NCBI GenBank assembly: GCA_963814905.1
Contig: CAWFEM010000008.1
Coordinates: 141,282-205,281, forward strand
Reading direction: 5' to 3'
Source: an uncultured Alphaproteobacteria bacterium
GTDB lineage: Bacteria; Pseudomonadota; Alphaproteobacteria; Rhizobiales; Afifellaceae
DNA length: 64,000 nucleotides
Shown here: positions 21,458 to 29,554 of the stretch, piece by piece
Layout of the letters: each line of letters begins with the position of its first letter
Position numbering within the stretch: the stretch's first letter is position 1
The notes under the pieces: model-generated
Seen by the model: only the letters and a program-made list of their open reading frames with translations
Told to the model about the DNA's origin: nothing
Databases searched by the model: none
Translations under genes and position numbers: made by a program

Positions 21458-23344
21458 GTGAAGACTTCGATCGCGACCGTTTCAATCAGCGGCGACCTTC
21501 GCGAAAAGCTCGCGGCGATCGCGGCGGCGGGGTTCGACGGCGTCGAGCTCTTTGAGAGCGACTTCCTCGCATTCGACGGTTCGCCCGCAGAGGTCGGCCG
21601 GCTCGTACGCGATCACGGGCTGGAAATCACCGTCTTTCAGCCGTTCCGCGATTTCGAGGGCATGCCCGAGCCGCAGCGGGTCCGCACCTTCGACCGCGCC
21701 GAGCGCAAATTCGACCTGATGCAGGAACTCGGCACCGACCTGATCCTGATCTGCTCGAACGTATCACCGCTCGCCCTTGGCGGCATCGACCGCGCCGCCG
21801 AGGATTTTCGCGAACTTGGCGAGCGAGCGGCCATGCGCGGGCTTCGCGTAGGCTACGAGGCGCTCGCCTGGGGGCGCCATGTCCACGACCATCGCGATGC
21901 GTGGGAGACCGTTCGGCGCGCCGATCATCCGAACATCGGTTTGATCCTCGATTCCTTCCATACGCTTGCGCGCAAGATCGATGTCGGCTCGATACGCGCC
22001 ATCCCCGGCGATCGAATCTTTTTGGTGCAGCTCGCCGATGCGCCGCTCATCGACATGGACCTGCTCTATTGGAGTCGCCATTTCCGCAACATGCCTGGGC
22101 AGGGCGATCTGCCGGTCGTGGACTTCATGCGGGCCGTGGCCGCCACCGGCTATGGAGGTCCGCTTTCGCTCGAAATCTTCAACGACCAGTTCCGCGGAGG
22201 CTCGCCGAAGTCGATCTCCGTCGATGGCCGCCGCTCGCTCGTCTACCTCATGGACAGGGTCGTGCGCGCCGAGCCTCAAATTGCGATCGATGTGCCGAAG
22301 ATGCCGGATCGCGTGGGCGCGAAGAGCGTCGAGTTCATCGAATTCGCAGCCAACGAAAGCGAGGCGGAAGACCTCGCCTCGCTGCTTCTGACGCTCGGGT
22401 TCGCCAGCAAGGCGCGCCACAAGAACAAGGACGTCACGCTCTACCGCCAGGGCGAAATCAACCTCGTGATCAACACGGAGAAGGAAGGGCTCGCGCATTC
22501 ATCCTATCTGATGCACGGGGCATCCGCTTACGCGATCGGGCTGAAGGTCGACGACGCGGCAGCGACGGTGGCGCGGGCGAAGATGCTCGGGGCCGATCCC
22601 TTCGAGCAGCCGCTGGGGCCCGGTGAACTGGCGATCCCCGCCATCCGCGGTGTCGGCGGCGGCATCATCTATTTCCTCGATGACAAGAGCGAACTGGGCC
22701 GGGTCTGGGACATCGAATTCGATCCGATCAATTCACCACCGGGCACCGCGGCCGGCCTGACGCGGGTCGACCATGTCGCGCAGACGATGAGCTATGAAGA
22801 GATGCTCACTTGGCTGCTCTTCTACACGTCGATCTTCCGGACGCGGAAACTGCCGATGGTCGACGTGATCGACCCCGGCGGGGTCGTCCGCAGCCAGGTC
22901 ATCGAAAGCGACGATAAGGCACTGCGGCTGACGCTGAACGGCGCGGAGAACACGAAGACGCTCGCCGGACGCTTCTTTGCCGACAGCTTCGGCTCGAACG
23001 TGCAGCATCTCGCCTTCGCGACCGCCGACATCTTCGCGACTGCGGCCGCCCTGAGGTCCGGCGGCTTCGACGCGCTTCCGATCTCACCGAATTACTACGG
23101 CGACCTGGAAGCCCGCTTCGGGCTCGACCCCGACCTCAGCTCGCGTCTTCAGGCATTCAACCTGCTCTACGACCGCGACGAGCGGGGAGAATATTTCCAG
23201 CTCTACAGCCGCACCTACGGCGACGGCTTCTTCTTCGAGATCGTTGAGCGCAGGAAGGGCTATCAGGGCTACGGTGCGCCGAACGCACCCTTCCGCATCG
23301 CCGCTCAGCAGCGAGCGATGGAAAGCATGAAAGCATTGATCTAG
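21458..23344 (+). CDS. quiC: 3-dehydroshikimate dehydratase, QuiC1/QsuB type (sugar-phosphate-isomerase-like TIM barrel fused to an HPPD-like domain)
   Basis: 628 aa. The N-terminus MKTSIATVSISGDLREKLAAIAAAGFDGVELFESD matches the xylose isomerase-like TIM fold. The C-terminal half (..VDHVAQTM...VQHLAFAT...FFFEIVER) matches the vicinal-oxygen-chelate/HPPD-like fold. The GTG start lies 3 nt after the tetR stop. Confidence 0.85.
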   Translation: MKTSIATVSISGDLREKLAAIAAAGFDGVELFESDFLAFDGSPAEVGRLVRDHGLEITVFQPFRDFEGMPEPQRVRTFDRAERKFDLMQELGTDLILICSNVSPLALGGIDRAAEDFRELGERAAMRGLRVGYEALAWGRHVHDHRDAWETVRRADHPNIGLILDSFHTLARKIDVGSIRAIPGDRIFLVQLADAPLIDMDLLYWSRHFRNMPGQGDLPVVDFMRAVAATGYGGPLSLEIFNDQFRGGSPKSISVDGRRSLVYLMDRVVRAEPQIAIDVPKMPDRVGAKSVEFIEFAANESEAEDLASLLLTLGFASKARHKNKDVTLYRQGEINLVINTEKEGLAHSSYLMHGASAYAIGLKVDDAAATVARAKMLGADPFEQPLGPGELAIPAIRGVGGGIIYFLDDKSELGRVWDIEFDPINSPPGTAAGLTRVDHVAQTMSYEEMLTWLLFYTSIFRTRKLPMVDVIDPGGVVRSQVIESDDKALRLTLNGAENTKTLAGRFFADSFGSNVQHLAFATADIFATAAALRSGGFDALPISPNYYGDLEARFGLDPDLSSRLQAFNLLYDRDERGEYFQLYSRTYGDGFFFEIVERRKGYQGYGAPNAPFRIAAQQRAMESMKALI

Positions 23345-23454
23345 CTCTCCATGCCCATGTCCGCTCCTGGCGCTTAACTGAAGTCGGGACCGACGGGGAG
23401 CATGTCTTCTCTAGAGGGTGAAGCGGACATACTAACAGTGTTGTCGGGAGTCCG

Positions 23455-23628
23455 AATCTGACCCGCTACGGGCTGTTCTTCAAGCAGCTGCGGCGACAGC
23501 ATCGCATGGCGGTCCCTTCTCCGGCGACGGCTTCGGAATTGGGCCGGGCGCCGGCCGCCTGTTGGCGGACTTGACGAGCGGCAAGGCTTCGATCGTCGAT
23601 CCTCGACCCTTTCGTTACGAGCGGTTTA
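23455..23628 (+). pseudogene. C-terminal remnant of an FAD-dependent (DAO-family) oxidoreductase
   Basis: The frame reads ...HGGPFSGDGFGIGPGAGRLLADLTSGKASIVDPRPFRYERF. This is a typical DAO-family C-terminus (GHxGxGfxlaPaxGrxlAdlixG...dlxpFxxxRF). No N-terminal body or start codon is present. Confidence 0.45.
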
Positions 23629-23862
23629 GAGCATCACGAAACGCGACCTAGGGCCGTCCGCTACTGGCGCAAAATCGAGGCCCGGCCTTAAAGCGCGCCC
23701 GTCCGCTTCCGGCGATCGCGGGAAAGGAGGCGTATCGTCGTCTTCGGCGACAGCGACGCGAAGGTAAGACACCGCCGCAAAAAGTGATGCTCCTGCGGCC
23801 GTCGATTGCAACATATGTGAATTATATGCTCTAATGTGAATTACGAAGACACGGAGACACTG

Positions 23863-24879
23863 ATGCGCGCTGCGGTTCTCTACGCTCCCGGGGATATTCG
23901 GGTCGAGGACGTGCCCAAGCCGGAGCCGAAAAGCGACGAGGCGCTCATCCGGGTGGCCGCCGTCGGCGTATGCGGCTCCGACATTCCGCGCCTTCTGACC
24001 AAGGGCGCGCATAAGATGCCGCTCATCTGCGGCCACGAATTCTCCGGCCGGATCGTCGCGCTCGGCGATGCGGTTGCAGGCTTCGCCAAGGACGAGCTTG
24101 TCGCCATCCCGCCGCTCATCCCCTGCTTCGAATGCGACCAGTGCCGGCAGGGTTTCTTCTCGCGCTGCCGCGACTACGACTATTTCGGCAGCCGTCGCGA
24201 CGGCGCCTACGCCGAATATGTGCGCGTCCCGGCGACCAATCTCTTGAAGGTGCCGTCGGGCTCGGACGCGACGGCGGTCGCCATGGCCGATCCCGCCTCG
24301 ATCGCGCTGCACGCGATCTGGAAGGCGCCGTTCGCGATCGGCCAGCGCGCCGCGATCGTCGGCGCTGGCCCGATCGGGCTCTTCGCCATCCAATGGTTCC
24401 GCCTGATGGGGGCGGCCGAGGTTATGGCCGTCGATCTCTCGGAGCAGAAGCTTGAGCTAGCCCGCGAGGCCGGCGCCACCCACGCCGCCTTGAGCGACGA
24501 TCCCGCCGTCGCAGATTTCTCCGCCGATGTCGTCATCGAGGCGGCGGGCCATCCGGCGTCGGAGAACCTCGCGCTCTCCATGGCGGCATCCGGCGGCCAT
24601 GTCGTCTTCATCGGCATCCCGACCGGCGACGTGACGTTTTCGAACAAGGTCTGCAACCATCTCCTCAGGCAGGAGATTTCACTGCACGGCGCATGGAATT
24701 CCTTCGGGGCGCCGTTCCCGGGTCGGCAATGGACGGTGACGCTCGAGAAGCTCGCCTCCGGCGATCTCAAATGGGCATTCATGATCTCGCATGACCTCGG
24801 CCTGGACGCGCTGCCCGACATGTTCCAGAGCTTCCGGGCGCGGAATGCCTTCTATTCGAAGGTGATGTTCCGCCCCTGA
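23863..24879 (+). CDS. Zinc-dependent alcohol/polyol dehydrogenase (MDR family, sorbitol/threonine dehydrogenase-like)
   Basis: Trimmed to ATG 23863, preceded by GGAGA. Blocks GVCGSDIPR, GHEFSGRIVALG, the structural-Zn cysteines CFECDQCRQGFFSRC, and the Rossmann motif IVGAGPIGL are present. Confidence 0.85.
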   Translation: MRAAVLYAPGDIRVEDVPKPEPKSDEALIRVAAVGVCGSDIPRLLTKGAHKMPLICGHEFSGRIVALGDAVAGFAKDELVAIPPLIPCFECDQCRQGFFSRCRDYDYFGSRRDGAYAEYVRVPATNLLKVPSGSDATAVAMADPASIALHAIWKAPFAIGQRAAIVGAGPIGLFAIQWFRLMGAAEVMAVDLSEQKLELAREAGATHAALSDDPAVADFSADVVIEAAGHPASENLALSMAASGGHVVFIGIPTGDVTFSNKVCNHLLRQEISLHGAWNSFGAPFPGRQWTVTLEKLASGDLKWAFMISHDLGLDALPDMFQSFRARNAFYSKVMFRP

Positions 24880-24911
24880 GAGGGGAGCGAGACGAGAAGG
24901 GCGGCAATCCA

Positions 24912-25967
24912 ATGGCCACCGATCCTGTTGTGAGATTTCGTCCGCCGGACGCGGCGAACGAAACGCGTGAGCCGGCTGGAGCGGAGACCGGTGCCGTCCG
25001 CTCGGAGCCGCACCACGCGAACCTCCCCCGCAACGAGGGCGTGCCTCTGCGCGTCGACTGGGTGGAAGCGGCGCGCGTGAACCTTTCCGCCGTGGAGCGT
25101 CGCGCCGCGACCTTGGTCACGCGCCGCACGGTCAAGAAGGAATGGCAGGCGGCGTGGCTGGTGAAGGCGATGACGTGCATCGATCTGACAACGCTTGCCG
25201 GCGACGACACGCCGGAGCGTGTCCGGCGGCTCTGCGCCAAGGCGAGGCAGCCGCTCCGCGCCGACCTCGTCGAAGCGCTCGGTCTCGACCACATGCCGAC
25301 CGTCGGCGCCGTCTGCGTCTACCCGACCATGGTCGGAACGGCGGTGAAGGCGCTGGAAGGCTCCGGCATTCCCGTCGCCTCCGTCGCGACAGGCTTTCCC
25401 GCGGGGCTGACGCCGCTGCCGCTCCGGCTGGAAGAAATCCGCTATGCCGTGGGCGAGGGCGCGCGCGAGATCGATATCGTCGTCACCCGCGCCCACGTCC
25501 TCGACCAGAACTGGCGGGCGCTCTACGACGAGATCCGCGCCATGCGCGAAGCCTGCGGCGCGGCGCATCTGAAGACGATCCTCGCGACCGGTGATCTGAA
25601 GACGCTCAGGAACGTCCACCGCGCCTCGATGGTCGCGATGCAGGCCGGCGCCGATTTCATCAAGACCTCGACCGGCAAGGAGGACGTGAACGCCACGCTT
25701 CCTGTCTCGATCGTCATGGTGCGCGCCATCCGCGATTATCTCGAAGAGACCGGCGCCAAGGTCGGCTTCAAGCCGGCGGGCGGGCTGAAGACGGCGAAGG
25801 ACGCGCTCTCCTGGCTGATCCTGATGAAGGAGGAGCTTGGGCGGGAGTGGCTGGAGCCGGAGCTCTTCCGGATCGGCGCAAGCTCCATGCTCGGTGACAT
25901 CGAGCGCCAGATCGAGCATTTTGTGACCGGCCGCTACTCCTCGGCCACGCGCCATGCAATGGCGTGA
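24912..25967 (+). CDS. deoC: Deoxyribose-phosphate aldolase, long form (DeoC/DERA family)
   Basis: 351 aa. Blocks CIDLTTLAGDDT, VCVYPTMV, EIDIVV and the Schiff-base lysine context ADFIKTSTGK are present. An N-terminal extension of ~90 aa precedes the barrel. Confidence 0.85.
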   Translation: MATDPVVRFRPPDAANETREPAGAETGAVRSEPHHANLPRNEGVPLRVDWVEAARVNLSAVERRAATLVTRRTVKKEWQAAWLVKAMTCIDLTTLAGDDTPERVRRLCAKARQPLRADLVEALGLDHMPTVGAVCVYPTMVGTAVKALEGSGIPVASVATGFPAGLTPLPLRLEEIRYAVGEGAREIDIVVTRAHVLDQNWRALYDEIRAMREACGAAHLKTILATGDLKTLRNVHRASMVAMQAGADFIKTSTGKEDVNATLPVSIVMVRAIRDYLEETGAKVGFKPAGGLKTAKDALSWLILMKEELGREWLEPELFRIGASSMLGDIERQIEHFVTGRYSSATRHAMA

Positions 25968-26013
25968 GCCTCACGAAGCGAGGAATTGCCTACGCAATCA
26001 TCTCAACGTCGTC

Positions 26014-26089
26014 ATGCCCGGACTTGATCCGGGCATCCAGTCCGTGACACCACCGCGACGGAATGGATTGCCGGGTCACGCCCGGCAAT
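26014..26089. repeat. REP-like double-hairpin intergenic element
   Basis: There are two perfect 9-bp hairpins: atgcccgga-cttga-tccgggcat (26014-26036) and attgccggg-tcacg-cccggcaat (26067-26089). The spurious translations (...PGLDPGIQ.. / MDCRVTPGNDD) match a repeat I recognise from many Rhizobiales intergenic regions. A related half (ccccgga-cttaa-tccgggg) occurs at 48738-48756. Confidence 0.6.
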
Positions 26090-26140
26090 GACGACAGTGG
26101 AGACGGGGAGGCGACAAGCCAGCGGCGAGGAGAGGAAACA

Positions 26141-28546
26141 ATGACAGCCGTCACCGAGATCCTGCGAAGCATGGAATACGGGCCCGCGCCGGAGGCGAGC
26201 GACCATGTGACCGCCTGGCTGGAAAAGCACGAGGGCCGCTTCCTGCATTTCATCGGCGGTAAGTTCGTCGCGCCGGCGGAGGGGAGCTACTTCCCCGTCA
26301 TCAATCCGGCGCGCGGCAACCGCCTCGCCGAATGCGCGGAAGGGACGGCGAAGGACGTCGACAAGGCGGTCGTCGCCGCGCGCAAAGCGCAGAAGGGATG
26401 GGCCGCGCTCTCCGGCGACGCGCGCGCCCGCTACCTCTATGCGATCGCGCGCATCATCAACAAGCGCGAGCGCTTCTTCTCCGTGCTGGAGTCGATGGAC
26501 AACGGCAAGCCGATCCGCGAGAGCCGCGACATCGATATCCCGCTCGTCATCCGCCACTTCTATCATCACGCCGGCTGGGCGGAGCTGATCGACAGCGAGC
26601 TTCCCGGCCATCAGCCTGTCGGCGTCTGCGGGCAGATCATCCCGTGGAATTTCCCGCTCTTGATGCTCGCCTGGAAGATCGCGCCAGCGCTCGCGGCCGG
26701 GAACACGGTGGTGCTGAAGCCGGCGGAGTACACGCCGCTCACCGCGCTCGCCTTCGCCGAAATCTGCATGGAGGCGGGGCTTCCCGCCGGCGTCGTCAAC
26801 ATCGTCACCGGAGACGGTGCGACCGGCGCTCTGATCGTCGAGCACAAGGACATCGACAAGATCGCCTTCACCGGATCGACCGAGGTCGGGCGCATCATCC
26901 GTGCGGCGACGGCGGGGACGGGCAAGAAGCTGTCGCTGGAACTTGGCGGCAAGTCGCCCTTCATCGTCTTCGACGACGCCGATCTCGACAGCGCGGTCGA
27001 AGGTGTCGTTGACGCCATCTGGTTCAACCAGGGCGAGGTCTGCTGCGCCGGCTCGCGGCTCATCGTGCAGGAGGCGGTGGCGGAGAAGATGTACGCCAAG
27101 CTGCGTGCCAGGATGGCAACGCTGCGCGTCGGCGATCCGCTCGACAAGTCGACCGACATCGGCGCCATCGTCGCCGACGTGCAACTCGACCGCATCCGCG
27201 AGCTCGTGGAGCAGGGGCGCGCCGACGGCGCGGTCTGCCACCAGCCGAACACGGCGCTCCCGGGCGAAGGTCTCTTCTATCCGCCGACGCTCGTCACCGG
27301 CGTCGCGCCCGCCTCTATCCTGGCACAGGAGGAGATTTTCGGGCCGGTGCTCGTGTCGATGACCTTCCGCACGCCGGAGGAGGCGCTGGCGCTTGCCAAC
27401 AACTCCCGCTACGGGCTCGCCGCCTCCGTCTGGTCGGAATCGATCAACGTTACGCTCGACGCCGCGGCTCGGCTCAAGGCTGGCGTCGTGTGGGTCAACT
27501 CCACCAACCTCTTCGACGCCGCGGCCGGCTTCGGCGGCTACAAGGAATCCGGCTTCGGCCGGGAAGGGGGGCGCGAGGGACTGTTCGAATATCTGGTGCC
27601 CGCGACTGAGAAGAAGGCCGCGAAGCCTGTGAAGACCACGGTCGCGAGCTTCTCAGCCGCGCCCTCCACCCATCCGCATGAATCGGCCGGCGATCACCCG
27701 CGCCTCGATCGCACGGCGAAGCTCTATATCGGCGGAAAGCAGACGCGGCCGGATTCCGGCTACAGCTACGCCGTCACCGACGCGAGCGGCACGGAGGCGG
27801 GGCAGGCGGGCCTTGGCAATCGCAAAGATATCAGGAACGCCGTGGAGGCCGCGCACAAGGCCGGCGGCTGGGGCGGGGTCAGCGGCCATAACCGCGCACA
27901 GGTGCTCTTCTTCCTGGCGGAGAATTTGGAGGCGCGCGCGGAGGAATTCGGCGAGCGCATCGCGACGCTGACCGGCATGCGCGGCCGTGCCGCGGACGAG
28001 GAGGTCGCGCAGGCGATCCGCCGCATCACCTTCTATGCCGCCCACGCCGACAAGTATGACGGGCGCGTGCATGCGACGCGCGCCCGCCACGTCACGCTCG
28101 CCATGAATGAGCCGTGGGGCGTCATGGGCATCTCATGCCCGGACGAGGCGCCGCTTCTCGCCCTGGTCTCGCTGGTCGCGCCGGCAATCGCCATGGGCAA
28201 CCGCGTGATCGTCACGCCGTCGCCGGTCTATCCGCTCGTCGCCACCGATCTCTATCAGGTCATTGAGACGAGTGATATTCCCGCCGGCGTCGTCAACATC
28301 GTGACCGGCGACCGCGAGGCGCTTGCGAAGACGCTCGCAGAGCACGATGACATCGCCGCCTATTGGTATTTCGGCAGCGCGGAGGGGAGCGCGGCCGTGG
28401 AGCGCGCCTCCGCCGGCAATCTCAAGGCGACCTGGGTCAATCACGGCCGCGCCGTCGACTGGTCTAGCGCCGCGGACGGGCAGGGGCGCCGTTACCTCCG
28501 TCACGCCACACAGGTGAAGAACATCTGGGTGCCTTACGGCGAGTAG
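26141..28546 (+). CDS. Two-module aldehyde dehydrogenase family protein (complete ALDH plus a C-terminal degenerate ALDH-like module)
   Basis: Trimmed to ATG 26141, preceded by GGAGAGGAA, giving 801 aa. Module 1 has FTGSTEVGR, ELGGKSPFIVF and the catalytic NQGEVCCAGSR. Module 2 starts at about residue 520 and retains an ALDH N-terminal/Rossmann-like half (EPWGVMGISCPDEAPL.., IVTGD...). It ends at ..AGNLKATWVNHG with no ELGG glutamate or catalytic Cys. Confidence 0.9.
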   Translation: MTAVTEILRSMEYGPAPEASDHVTAWLEKHEGRFLHFIGGKFVAPAEGSYFPVINPARGNRLAECAEGTAKDVDKAVVAARKAQKGWAALSGDARARYLYAIARIINKRERFFSVLESMDNGKPIRESRDIDIPLVIRHFYHHAGWAELIDSELPGHQPVGVCGQIIPWNFPLLMLAWKIAPALAAGNTVVLKPAEYTPLTALAFAEICMEAGLPAGVVNIVTGDGATGALIVEHKDIDKIAFTGSTEVGRIIRAATAGTGKKLSLELGGKSPFIVFDDADLDSAVEGVVDAIWFNQGEVCCAGSRLIVQEAVAEKMYAKLRARMATLRVGDPLDKSTDIGAIVADVQLDRIRELVEQGRADGAVCHQPNTALPGEGLFYPPTLVTGVAPASILAQEEIFGPVLVSMTFRTPEEALALANNSRYGLAASVWSESINVTLDAAARLKAGVVWVNSTNLFDAAAGFGGYKESGFGREGGREGLFEYLVPATEKKAAKPVKTTVASFSAAPSTHPHESAGDHPRLDRTAKLYIGGKQTRPDSGYSYAVTDASGTEAGQAGLGNRKDIRNAVEAAHKAGGWGGVSGHNRAQVLFFLAENLEARAEEFGERIATLTGMRGRAADEEVAQAIRRITFYAAHADKYDGRVHATRARHVTLAMNEPWGVMGISCPDEAPLLALVSLVAPAIAMGNRVIVTPSPVYPLVATDLYQVIETSDIPAGVVNIVTGDREALAKTLAEHDDIAAYWYFGSAEGSAAVERASAGNLKATWVNHGRAVDWSSAADGQGRRYLRHATQVKNIWVPYGE

Positions 28547-28570
28547 GGCAGGCGGGGCTCACGCGCCGGC

Positions 28571-29554
28571 TCAGCTCAACAGGAAGAGCGCGGTCTCCTC
28601 GTCGGTGACGAGCACGTTGATATAGCCGGCGCGCAGACAGGCGAGCGCCACGGCATGTTTGGCCTCGCCGGCGCAGACGCCGATCGAATAGGCGCGGTCC
28701 GCGCAATAGCGAAGCTCAAGCCCGATCGTGCGGGCGTCAAGCTCGGGATCGGCGATGTTGCCTTCCGCGTCGATATAGCGGCTCAAGATGTCGCCGACCG
28801 CGCCCTTCTCCTTGAGGGCACGCGTTTCCGCCTCGGAGACGAATCCCGATTGCACCAGAACCGATTGCGGGCTGATGGCGCCGAGGCCGAAGCAGATGAC
28901 CTGCGCGCGCCGGCCGAGCTCCAGCACCTTGGCGATGGTCGGATCGTTTTCGAGCGCGATCCGTGTCGCCGCCTGGCCGAGGATCGCCGGCACCGGCAGC
29001 AGCGTCGCCGTGCCGTTTGCCGTGCGCGCGAAAAGCTCCGCCGTGTTGTTGGTGCGCACCGACGGCGAGCGGATGTTCATGGCGCCGTTCAGGAGCACCA
29101 CCTCGACGCCCTCGTTCCAGAAGGGCGGGAGGCGCCGCGCGACTGCGCTCATCGTGCTTCCCCAGGAGACGCCGATCAGTGGAATCTTGCCGAGGCTCGC
29201 GAGGAACCGTCCCGCCGCCTGCGCCACGCTGTCGAGAAGGACGCCGTCGTCCTCGTCGCCGCTCCGCGGCACCACGACCGCTTCCCTGAGGTGATAGCGG
29301 CGCTGCAGGCGGCTTTCGATCTCGGGCGCGCGCGGCGCGCGCGGGATGATCTCGATCCGCACGATGCCGCTCTCGCGCGCCTCGGTCAGCAGCCGGCTCG
29401 CCTGCCAGCGGGTGAGGCCGAGCTCCTTGGCAAGCTCGCCCATTGTCATGTCGAGCTCGTAGTAACGCTTCGCGACCTGCAGCATCAGGAGCTCGCGCTG
29501 CTCCGCCGACAGGGCGCGGAACTGGACCTCCCGCTCGAGATTATCGGCCCTCAT
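28571..29554 (-). CDS. SorC/DeoR(Bacillus-type) family sugar-binding transcriptional regulator
   Basis: 327 aa. The N-terminal HTH is LMLQVAKRYYELDMTMGELAKELGLTRWQASRLLTEARESGIVRIEI. A sugar-phosphate-binding domain follows. The ATG overlaps the stop of the upstream kinase gene (ATGA). Confidence 0.85.
   Translation of the reverse strand: MRADNLEREVQFRALSAEQRELLMLQVAKRYYELDMTMGELAKELGLTRWQASRLLTEARESGIVRIEIIPRAPRAPEIESRLQRRYHLREAVVVPRSGDEDDGVLLDSVAQAAGRFLASLGKIPLIGVSWGSTMSAVARRLPPFWNEGVEVVLLNGAMNIRSPSVRTNNTAELFARTANGTATLLPVPAILGQAATRIALENDPTIAKVLELGRRAQVICFGLGAISPQSVLVQSGFVSEAETRALKEKGAVGDILSRYIDAEGNIADPELDARTIGLELRYCADRAYSIGVCAGEAKHAVALACLRAGYINVLVTDEETALFLLS

Noticed and set aside
23624-23650. 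A second copy of the 12106-type repeat (shares tttagagcatc; the minus-strand translation ends ..RFVML).
   Set aside because: The similarity is limited to about 11 nt and the flanks do not align. It was not called as a repeat.
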